A stretch of 64,000 nt of DNA, from NCBI GenBank assembly GCA_964035545.1, contig OZ037769.1, forward strand, positions 2,852,001 to 2,916,000. Direction: 5' to 3'. Positions 13,202-24,223 of the stretch are shown here, in pieces (the first letter of the stretch is position 1; each line of letters opens with the position of its first letter). This DNA is from Bugula neritina. Its lineage: Eukaryota > Animalia > Bryozoa. The notes under the pieces were generated by a model. That model worked only from the letters and a program-made list of their open reading frames with translations, was not told where the DNA came from and made no database searches. Made by a program: the position numbers and the translations under genes.

Positions 13202-15331
13202 AACCGTTGTCAGATCCAGTTCCAGACTTCAAGATACACATTGTTACCCAATGTCCAATCGTACGTGTGGACAATAGTATAATAATATAATGAATAATTT
13301 TATTGTTGAAAATAAAATATTATATATCATAACCATCTCTTGAAACATATAATACGATGTACTTTTTATGCAAATGATAGTTCTGTATGAAATTTAAAGC
13401 TGGCTGTAACAATTAAAATTTATTTGAAAATTGTTTAAAAGTGAAAAGAATAAAACACAAGGTTTATTTTTCAAAATACCATTTCCCAAACATTGGACTG
13501 TTTGCACATGTACTTATGCTGAAGCGATACAATTGCATAGTCAACAGAGGGAATTAGCTTTAACAGCCAGCTACAGTCAGCTGTTGGTCTCCATGGATAC
13601 CTAATATACATAATTATTATGAAACTATGTAATAAGAAATGATAATAATATAACAATGACACACATTCTTTTTCAAAAGTTTCTAGGATTTGAATTAGAT
13701 AAATGCATCTGTTTTTTTATTATGTTTCACATTTTGTATTGCTGAGATAAAGACAGATTGTAGCTTTTTGCAAAAAGATCGAAACTGGAATAAATGTTAT
13801 TTTTTTTAATAAAAATCTTGGTTTTCATAGACGTTTCTTATATAAGCAAATGCTTTATGCCCTTTAGCCATTTATTTAAAAGCAATTTAATAAATGACAT
13901 TAAGATCTCATGCACCCTAATATATTATATAATATGAGAAATAGAAATACAAAAATTTTACTGAAACAAATTTTGCAGATTACAAAAATGCAAATTTTAT
14001 AGAAAATATAATATGCTATTTGCTACACAAGTAATGTCCTGAATCTCATTTTGCCATGATTCAAACAACATTTCAACTTTTACCAGCTGCATTCAATAAT
14101 CTTGCAAATTATTTTAGTTCAGATCTGCAAGGTTAAATGGAACAAGTCACTGGAAAAATCATGCAATTATTGCAATCATAATTATGTCATTATAGTTACA
14201 ATGCTATTGTAAATCTTTGATGATAAAATATTAGGCTGGGGAAAGACAACTCTGCGTTGCGATAAAGTATGATAGAAATCTACCAACATTGACAACTATT
14301 TGTATGCTTTCAAGTCTGCGATGTCATGGGTATGTACATGTAGGTATCACTTTTAGCCCAACGTGATTTTAGTTGTTTTGTTATTCATGCTTTACAAAAG
14401 AACAATTTAAAACTGCAAACATTTCAAAAGAAGAAAATGATTTTATTAAAGTTGCATAAACAGCAAGAATCTAGGAAATAACTTATACACTTCAACTTTA
14501 TTATTTTACCAGTATATATTATATGTAGAGTTTAGCATTTATTTTTGTATGAGTACAAATGCAAGTATAGCAAAAATTGTTTATAATCTTACAAAAATCC
14601 AAGCTATTCTTAAGCAACACAACTAAGTCAACACCATCTTATATAGTGTGATTTAAAACTTTGTTTAATAGGTGAGAATTTAACATAAACTTTGTTTTAA
14701 AACAATTGTCCTGGCTAATTAAGCACCAATAAAAACATATATAACTGGAAATACAGAGTTATATATAATAAATGAAATGTATGTTAACATAAATCTGTGC
14801 TGTTTTTCGTTCATTAATCTTCAAACGCATTAACTTTTTTTTTTTAAAAACTTCGAAATATTTCTGATAAAAGCTGTAAATTATTAGCATATATGGCTGT
14901 CATTTGAATTTCTTTATGATATTGTTGGATGAGACGGCACTTTTCAGTTATGTCTACTCTATCAGCATTGTAGCACCTTTAGTAATGTGCATACACTACT
15001 GGACATATATATGTTGAAATTGACATTAACCATTTCACAAACATCGATCTATTGTGGCATCATTGTATATAACGCAATCAATTCTAGTAAAGTTTTGGTA
15101 GAAAAACAATGTTTACTGAATTATATTTAAATATAATAAATAGAATGCTACTGGCAAGCAACTCAACTGCATTTCATATGAAATTTGCAAACGTGGCAAA
15201 AATGCCATCATTGTTTAGCAAAGCAGCATCGCTGTATCTAGCCAAGCACCATTATTTAGAGCTTCACAGGTGCTGTATATCAAGTTATATTACAGTCTAA
15301 AGTTTCATTTCCAATCATTACTTCAGACACA

Positions 15332-16913
15332 ATGGACTCAAACAAGTTGGTGTTTAGTGTAGTAGTGTTTGCCTGTATTTGTGCAACTCTTCATGCAGCT
15401 GCTATTGGACAATCAGGCAAGTTCTAAGTTCTTTCCTTTGTGGTTCTCATGACACAAGACATTTCAAATAGAAGTTTCTTTTTTTTAAATAGATACACAT
15501 TTTACTTAAGTCTATTGTAAAAATATCTTTTGAAAACTCTCAAGGTGACTCAGTTAATCCAAAATTTAAAATGTTATTTTAGTTCAGAAAAGATCTCTAT
15601 TTGAGAACTATTGGAATGACTATAATAAAAGAAGTCTTGAGGATGACATCCGAATAAATAACCTAGAAGAGAGAAGTTTTGAAGACAACAGCTATGCAAA
15701 TGCAGAAAGTCTAGAAGAAAGAAGTTTCGAAGATGATTATAATAATGAAGATGATTTAGAAGAGAGAAGCTTTGAAGATGATTATGATTATGAAGATGAT
15801 TTAGAAGAGAGAAGTTTTGAAGATGGTTATGAAGATGAGGATGATTTGGAAGAAAGAAGCTTTGAAGATGATTATGATTATGAAGATGATTTAGAAGAGA
15901 GAAGTTTTGAAGATGATTATGAAGATGAGAATGATTTGGAGGAAAGAAGCTTTGAAGATGATTATGAAGATGATTTAGAAGAGAGAAGTTTTGAAGATGA
16001 TTATGATTATGAAGACGATTTAGAAGAAAGAAGTTTTGAAGATGATTATGATTATGAAGATGATTTAGAAGAGAGAAGCTTTGAAGATGATTATGAAGAT
16101 GGAGATGATTTGGATGAGAGAAGCTTTGAAGATGATTATGAAGATGAGAATGATTTGGAGGAAAGAAGCTTTGAAGATGATTATGAAGATGATTTAGAAG
16201 AGAGAAGTTTTGAAGATGATTATGATTATGAAGACGATTTAGAAGAAAGAAGTTTTGAAGATGATTATGATTATGAAGATGATTTAGAAGAGAGAAGCTT
16301 TGAAGATGATTATGAAGATGGAGATGATTTGGAAGAGAGAAGTTTTGAAGATGATTATGATTATGAAGATGACTTAGAAGAGAGAAGTTTTGAAGATGAT
16401 TATGATTATGAAGATGATTTGGAAGAAAGAAGCTTTGAAGATGATTATGATTATGAAGATGATTTAGAAGAAAGAAGCTTTGAAGATAATTATGATTATG
16501 ATATGCAACAAAGAAGCTTTGAAGACAGCTTTGAAACTGAAAATAGTTTAGAAAGAAAAAGTTTTGAAGACACAGATTTTGCAAATGAACAAAACCTAGA
16601 AGTTCGCAGTCTTGAAAGCAAAGGTAGATTATTTAAAATACTGAAATTGTTTTGTGTTGGGATGACAACTTGAAATCAAATTGCTTTTGAGCTTTATTTT
16701 TTTTGAGAAGAATCTAAACTTCACTGTATAAAACCTTTGCCCCACACCCCCCCCCCCCCCGGGATTCGAACCCGAGACTTCCGGCTTGCAAGCTATAGCC
16801 ATAAAGCCACAAGGACAACTGGGTGAACTCAACACTACACACTGGAATCAAATTCAATCAGTGTATCAATTTTTTTAGATGAATCAGCATATATTGAAAG
16901 CCTATGGAAATGA
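15332..16913 (+). CDS. Secreted precursor 4 (~386 aa): hyper-acidic tandem-repeat polyprotein (SFEDDYDYEDDLEER)n
   Basis: Exon 15332-15416 (MDSNKLVFSVVVFACICATLHAAAIGQS; GC donor CAG|GCAAGT). Exon 15583-16623 (VQKR|SLFENYWNDYNKR|SLEDD...; 21 SFED units). Exon 16879-16913 (DESAYIESLWK*). The synonymous variation between repeat units keeps this frame. Confidence 0.88.
16745..16825 (-). mobile_element. tRNA-derived SINE-like fragment
   Basis: The minus strand reads ...GCTTGCAAGCCGGAAGTCTCGGGTTCGAATCCC (B box). Related copies lie at ~19240-19305 and ~18312-18350. Confidence 0.6.
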
Positions 16914-16960
16914 TCATGTGGATAAAAGGTAATTATTCTGTTGCACTTGTTTATATGAAG

Positions 16961-17267
16961 TTACCCCCTATTCACACTTACCATACCGTAGGCCGTAACG
17001 TAAAATATCAGCCATTTTTAATGTGTCCGAGCTAAAGTTCCCCAAGTTCGTTATTAGGTATGATCTATGACACTTCATTGGACAATTATATCCAATGAGT
17101 TGACGCAAAAGTTTTTCCGTCCAATAGTAGCCCACCGCAACTTATTTGAATCAAGCAGTGTTTGATTCTACCGTACCGCAACGCCGTACAGGAAGCTCAG
17201 ACATTTGCAAAAATGGCTAATATTTGCTGTTACGGCGTACGATACGGTAAGTGTGAATAGGGGGTAA
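16961..17267. mobile_element. MITE (PIF/Harbinger-like TIRs) in the probable 3'-UTR intron of precursor 4
   Basis: Perfect 22-bp inverted ends TTACCCCCTATTCACACTTACC / GGTAAGTGTGAATAGGGGGTAA, extending imperfectly to ~60 bp. No coding capacity. Confidence 0.85.
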
Positions 17268-18388
17268 GCCTTTGTTTGCAGTAAATAAAATTGTCAACCT
17301 TACATTATGTTATTTATAATATTTTGTATTGCTAAATTATGTTACACCTATTTGTAGAGTTGACACAGAAATAAGAAAATACTCAAGAGAAAACCTGAAT
17401 GATATTTAAAAGATAATTTCTTGAATTCATGACATTTTTAATAAAACCCAAATTAACCTTTTTCTATGTTGTAATAACATGCCTATCAACTATATTCATA
17501 TATAAAATTAATTTGTGTTAAAATCAGAACATTTATCACAACATTTCAATCTAGAAATGACCTAGAAAATAATAGAAACATCAAATATGTTTACATAAGT
17601 GTGAGCAATATAAGTTGTTAATTCAAGTACAAAATACAGAGATCCAAGAGCCTATAATTGGTAAACAATAAGTGAACCATTAGCTGTAACATTCATTGTG
17701 GCTTCACAGAGAAAAATATAAAAGGCGTCACATAATAATATATATGCAGAAAAATTTAAGCTAATTCCATCAATATTATATGGTGATTATTGTGTATAAG
17801 ATTGACTTCAGCCTTAAATCCATTGTCTATTACTTACTGATAACTTGTTATATTGATTGCAAAGTTATATATCATTTGGTTTGTTACATAAAATTCATTA
17901 TTAACTTTAATTAATTAATTGCATTAATTATTAGTAATACTAGTCTATTATTTATGCAGCTACAATAATAATAACACCTGCATCTGATAGGCTCAAACAT
18001 GTCATATGGCAATAAAATGATGTGGTGTCATGCGGACTCTTGTCTTCTATAACTAACAGATTTTTCAACTTATTACCAAAATTAAAAAAAAACTCTAATT
18101 TTATGTTACCAGCTAACATAGGTTTTCCTAGCACTATAATCAACAGAATAATTATAATAATATACATTATATAATAGTGATATAATAACAACTAGCATAT
18201 TGTATGGCCTAAAGTTCAAAATTAGTAGCTAATATATATAAATAATTATCAGTTGTGACATGAACGCAACTTCGTCAGACTTCATAAATAAGTTATATAA
18301 AGCTTTAGCCTCAGGCTTGCAAGCTAACCATTGCACCACAGGGGCTGCTGGGTAGTAACATCAGAAGTTACATCGTGTTTTGCTCCTG

Positions 18389-21302
18389 CTAATACTGCTG
18401 CTCTTCTAGCTGTTTGGCCAATTTCCTCGACTGTTCTTCCAAGGCTCTCCTTTGGCTGTTCATCTTCTCTGTATATTCCATGGAGAGGAGATTGGTTAAT
18501 TCAGGTCCCCGAGCCACAAGGAAGTGACATTTCCGTATTGCTTCTCCTTCCCACGAAAGCTTCAGCTCTTCTCTGTTTATTACTTGTTTCACTTTACCAT
18601 CAGACCTTGGTAGGCAGAGTTGGCTTTCTATGTCGATTTCCTATAAATAATAAAAAGATATTTAATTTTATTTAAACTTTCAAAGGCTTTTTTTAATAAT
18701 GTAAAGGACATTGCCTAATTATATTTCTCTTTTCATCTTTTACCAGCTATTATTACAAATAGTAATTTTTTAGATTAGGTAATGCATTGTTCAACGATAG
18801 AAACTGATGTTGAGGGCAGATTTGGAGTTGTTTGTTCAGTGAGCAGACAACTTTGTTAAACAGAATTCAACATTTGACCAATCAGCGTTTTTGCTTTGAG
18901 CCTCAAAGCTTGCTGAGTATTATTGCAGGCTTATATTTTAATTGTAGATGCTATGTGAAGCATAACCATGGTGTAACAAAGCACATCTTTGGTTTTATGT
19001 AATCATTGTACATATTTTTTAATTTTATTCATACAACATCTGAATTTGAGATGGCTGTTGACAACATTGCTTCACCTTTTTGAGGAATGCCACTTCTTTC
19101 CTCATTCTCTCCACTCCAAAATCTTGAACCTTCTTATGAAACAAATCTACCAAAATTTCATACATCTTCATGTCCGCTGAAACACAAAAATCTCTCATCA
19201 GTCTCACTAATTAATGTGGTGATTATAAAACTTTTGCCTCACTGGGATTCGAACCCAAGACCTCTGGCTTGCAAGCAGACATGCTAGTCATTGCACCACT
19301 ACTGGGTAATTGCAAAGTTTCCCTCAAAGATATTTATATATCTTATAAAACATGGAGGCTGTTAATTCTCGAGTTGATGCAGTTGCATGCTCTTGTTAAT
19401 GCTCATGACAGCTTGGGAGCCTTCAATATGCAATGCCAATTTTATGTAATGCTAACCCAAAACAAAAATTAACTTTTTCTTGAATTTAGTTACATTGATC
19501 TACATTATATCTGAGAGTTTACATTAGTTGCAAGCATTGTAGCTCTATTTTAGCTATAAAGTCAATGTATTAAGTAATCAAGTCATTATGAGCAGCTAAA
19601 TTCTAAGGGGCACAGCTGTAATACTATTCAAACCAACCTTCATTGTAATGAATAATGGTTCTGTTAACGTCAGCTGTTAGTTCTCTCAAGTTGTAGCTTT
19701 CCGGGTGTGGATGAGTGCCAAAAGTAACCAAATCTTTATACTTCCAGTTAAGAGAATGTTTCAGTAAGACTAAAGACTCCATCATGTACTCTTGGAACAT
19801 GACTACGTCAAAATCTTTGTCTAGATACTTTACTTTGTGTTCAACATGTTCTCTATCTTCACTCTGTCGGGGTTGTGATCCCAGCATAAACATTTGAATG
19901 TTGCGATAAGGAAGATTCTTGTCGTAATCAAACGTCAGAGCAAACCGGTTGTAGTGGTCTTCAATAAATGTTTGAAAGGAAGCGCCACGCACGTAGTCCG
20001 ACCAATCATTGTCGTAGTAAGATGCTTGGAGATACAGTACAGGGTGCCTTAACAGTAGGATCTTCCTAGAAGTATATGAATGTCTCAGTTAACAATCGGG
20101 TCTGTCATGTTAATCAGTTGTACAATCAAAAATGTTTTTTATTTGGTTGATTTGTTGGCATGCAAAATACTGTTTTCAGCAAAAAAAGTTAAAACACATT
20201 TGTGTAGCAGTTTTTATAAGCTAGTAAGGTTAACAGATTGATAACAAATTAGTGACGAATTGACTTGTCATTTTACAAAAAAAATGAAAACATGGTATTG
20301 TTTTGAACATGTTTTTAAAGAAGGAAAATTAGAGTGAAGTGCTCGTATACTAGAAGTGATAAATAATTATTGAAAAGTTAGTAATTTTAAACATTGTATT
20401 GGATGGGCAGTTATGATGATTAAATAAAGTTATCCCCCCAGAAGTGTTAGACTGACTTACTTAGGGTTTGGTTTGAGGACAGAAGTAACTGATTCCCTAG
20501 AGTATCGGATCTGGTGAATCAACATGTCATACGGATATTCATTCAGATTCATCACACATGACCTGCGAAGTATATAATCATTCTTGTTATATTTACTTTA
20601 TACAATCGTTATTGGTATATTTACTTCATATTACATTCACTTGAAAAAAATAAGGCTTTTAAACATAATTCAAAAAAACTTTATAACATTATTGATTAAA
20701 TAAATAAACAAGTTGCTATTTTCAAGTCAAAACAATGGCACTTGCAATGTCACAACATATTACGCTTGTGCAGCAGAATTTTGCTGCGCAAGGGAGTTGC
20801 CTTACCTTTCGAATATCATAGGAAAACACATGATGTCTTGGTTGGGTTGAGGCAGAGCAATTTTTAGCTTAGATTCAATAGCTTTCCTAAGCAGTATGTT
20901 TTGTATAGAAGAGGCAAGTGTGCTAGGCGTGTTCAGGAGAAAAATTGTAGTATAATTGGGTCCTGTTGTTTCATCAACAGTCATCACTTCCTGTACGTCT
21001 GCTACGACTTCATTTGGCTTTGCAATATCAGCTGAGTCAGCTTTGGCAACTGGGTCAGCGGCAGCAACAGCAGTATCAACTGGTGCTTTGACATGGACAT
21101 CTCGCACATCCGATTGCATCTTCCTGTGATTACTTTTTATTGGTTGTTCTTGCATTTGCTCTGAGTTGTCTTCCTTTTTGTTAGAGTCATTTTGTTTTGT
21201 AGCCATGCTCCACATCGCATAGAGAAAAACTGTTTGTGTCAACAGGAGAAAAATGACCAATTTGTTGTTCATTATTGTTTTTCTAAGTTTTCTTTTTGAC
21301 AT
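18389..21302 (-). CDS. Galactose-3-O-sulfotransferase (GAL3ST/cerebroside sulfotransferase)-like type II membrane protein, ~459 aa, with a degenerate 5'-PSB motif
   Basis: Exons 21302-20806, 20562-20461, 20065-19638, 19176-19076 and 18640-18389 splice in frame. It has an N-terminal TM segment and stem, and the motifs QNILLR, ILLLRHP...ASYY, FDVVMFQEYMMESLVLLKHSLNW and DMKMYE...FGVERMRKEV typical of GAL3ST. An upstream ATG|GTAAGT at 22069-22067 could add MVY. Confidence 0.85.
19238..19306 (-). mobile_element. tRNA-derived SINE head
   Basis: Minus strand AGTAGTGGTGCAATGACTAGCATGTCTGCTTGCAAGCCAGAGGTCTTGGGTTCGAATCCCAGT has A-box-like and B-box motifs but imperfect stems. Confidence 0.6.
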
Positions 21303-21324
21303 GTATACCTACAATGGGGGTGGA

Positions 21325-21430
21325 TAAGTTACTAGTAGGTGTAAGTAGGTAAGTTACTAGTAGGTGTAAGTCAATAAGCTACTAGCTAGTAGGTGTGAGT
21401 ACATAAGTTACTAGTAGGTGTAAGTAGAAG
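21325..21430. repeat. Short minisatellite (AAGTTACTAGTAGGTGTAAGT-like, ~4 copies)
   Basis: Directly visible tandem units upstream of the GAL3ST-like main coding exon. Confidence 0.75.
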
Positions 21431-24138
21431 GATTGCAGTTGTAGGTTGATGAGCTACTTGTAGATATAAATGGATAAGTTGCTAATAACTAGAGAAGTGG
21501 CAGAAAAAATAAATATTACTTTTATAATAATTGCTTTTTAAATTGCACATATAGATAGCACTAGCTGTTATAAAGTTTAAACACAGCTTAAATTAATGCA
21601 CTTTCCAACTTTACATTCTACAAAAATGTGACTACAACTGAGCATGCTCAACATGCTCTACCTAACCTTATTGGCTAACATAGTACCTATTTGCAAGCTG
21701 ATTGGCTAAACTATGAATTTGATGAAGAAACTAGGGAATAAGCTTGTAGATAAAAGAAAGGCAGTTCAAAGCCTTTGGAATAACTATGTAAATGTTGCAG
21801 TTTTATAATATTGTAATACTTTATATTTTTTTTATCTTAAGGAAAGTATGATTAATGTAGAATACTTGTTACACGATCCTCAGCCTAAAAATATGAACTA
21901 GATGATGATTACTCAAAGAAAAGTCCCATGTACTGATGTAATAGTATAGTTTATAGCATCTATTATATGCAGTAATATCTGTATACTACTGGAGTCAGCT
22001 TTCAATGGTATTTAAAGCATAGATAATGGAGATTAGTTGCTTATTATAGCTATTAGTTACACTTACCATTTTAGGTAGCACCGGCTTTCCTTTACTCACT
22101 GCACCCTTTCTACTCTTGGAATAAACTATTGCATGATTGTATTGACAAACTTATTGATTTTGATGAAAGTATTGCCATTTTCACAATAAAAAGAAATCAA
22201 ACCAACAATTGAAACAACCTGTCTTTTGTTTTCACAGTGGAACAATAAAAGCTGCAATCATAATCTGTAATAGAATGTATCCAGTATCCACTCTTATAAC
22301 ATACTAACCAATTGTTCAAGTTATCTTTTAAAATAATAACTGGCAAGAATTTTATAGCAGTTTTTTTATATTTAAAAGAATGTCATTGCGGTACATACCT
22401 ACATACTTACACACTCATACGCTCAGACACTTACATAGTTTAATACTTGCAGGCTCACGTATAACTCTCACACCTACATGTTTATTTTGGTCATACTTTT
22501 AATTTGTACATGCTACAGTGTAAATGAAGTTTATATATCACCAGAAATTGTTGTCATGCGTTGCTAGACAACTTAGAATCACAAAGATGTCTTTAAAAAC
22601 AAAATCTATTACATATGAACCATTTTAGCTTTTTTTTATGTATAATTTAGAGTTTTAATAAGAATATTCCACCTTAAATTATATAATTTAGTAAGCATAT
22701 AATTTTCAAGCGATATAAAATTTGTTCAGATGTATAAGGTGGCCTTCAAAGCTGTAACAAACTATAAACAGTTATATTGTTATATGAGCAGAGTCTTGCC
22801 TTGGTGTTGCTGAGTACAGATGATTATTATAGTAGCGCTACCTGTAGCGTTTAATCTTCAGAATCTGTCAGATATAGCTTATTAAGAGATGCAGCACAGT
22901 TTATGTGAGATGAAATCTACATAGGTCACGAAGATAACATGCGGGTATCACACATGTTTCATACATGTGTCATACAGGTATCATGCGGTTATATAGGACA
23001 GGTATTGCACAAGTATCATGCTGGTATCATACAGTTATAGAGAAGAGGCAAGTGTCTGTCAGGGTTGACAATGCATAGCATCTTCAGTGCTGTGTCTTGC
23101 ACGTCTAGCCATAAGTCTTGCTCTCTAAGTCGAATGTCTGTTGGGCATGAAGACTTTGCCTCCATTTAACACTATTGAATGTGTATACAGTTATAGAGAG
23201 ATCTACCTGCTCTACAGGCTAAACTATAGTTTACAATAAAATATAATTATATGTTGCTACGGTAAGTGTAATGTTTTAACACCCGTAACACTAAGTGCAT
23301 TGTATAAACTACATTATAAACCATATAATCATGGGTGAAATACGTATCTTGGTGCACATAGAAATCATAATAATGCTAACTCTACATAAGTACTTTATAA
23401 GTACTTGTAGTTGTTGAACTTAGACTGAATGCTGAATAACCCCTTTATTACTGTATATTCTGAGAAATACAAGACGGCATTCTGCATTCTAAGACATATA
23501 ATCAAGTAGCAGTCTATAGTCTAAAGCCCAATATTGAAATATAAATAATCAAAAGGTGGAATGCTACCAATTTCAAAACAACCATTGAATAAAAATTCTT
23601 GTAATAATATGGCACATAGTATATCTATTATCTTATGTGTCACAATATTACATATATTTTTCTATAGCTGTATTTCTATATAGTGGTAACTAGGTAAAGA
23701 TGTAACTATGTAAAGATTAGTCTATTTAGATTTGACCAAGAGATAAAATTATAGTATAAATGTATTCTATAAAATATAGTGTAGATTATATACAAGATGT
23801 TGTATGCTGCATTATACATTATATTCTGTACATTATATTGTAGTTTATGTTATTATATTATTCTGTATAATCATTATGTAATCTACTACACAGTTGGGTC
23901 GAAAATTTTATAACTGAAGTTTTGCAACTTTTTTTTTACTAACTCTGAGCTTTTCTACATGATAACACATGGAATGTATAAAATACACATTACAGATAGT
24001 AATACACATAAATCAATGTATAGAATGAACATTATAAGACACTATAGTAATGCACAGCATGCATAAAATACCAACTATAATAATAATAATAATACAATAA
24101 TACACTATAACTTCTTGTTAGCATGGCATTAGGCTTTG

Positions 24139-24151
24139 TAACCTTTGACCC
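24139..24151 (-). promoter_or_regulatory. DR1-type nuclear-receptor element upstream of SLC22 copy A
   Basis: TAACCTTTGACCC reads GGGTCAAAGGTTA on the minus strand. It is identical at 36172-36184 upstream of copy B. Confidence 0.5.
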
Positions 24152-24223
24152 TGCTATAATGAGAGACCCGTTGTCCTACTCTGTACAGCCTATCATTTGT
24201 CAACTTACAGTCCATCAGTAATC

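Noticed and set aside
15660-16560. Regular ~45-bp repeats that might suggest a CRISPR array
   Set aside because: There are no unique spacers and no cas genes; variation is codon-wise in a eukaryotic coding exon.
15574-16584. 336-aa His/Asn/Leu-rich minus-strand ORF
   Set aside because: It is the antisense shadow of the acidic repeat exon; the + frame has the signal exon, splice sites and synonymous variation.
19238-19306. Functional tRNA gene
   Set aside because: The acceptor and anticodon stems are imperfect, and several degenerate copies in the window indicate a SINE.
18389-21302. The neighbouring sulfotransferase as the enzyme sulfating the Tyr-rich peptides
   Set aside because: It is GAL3ST-like, not TPST-like, and its PAPS loop is degenerate.
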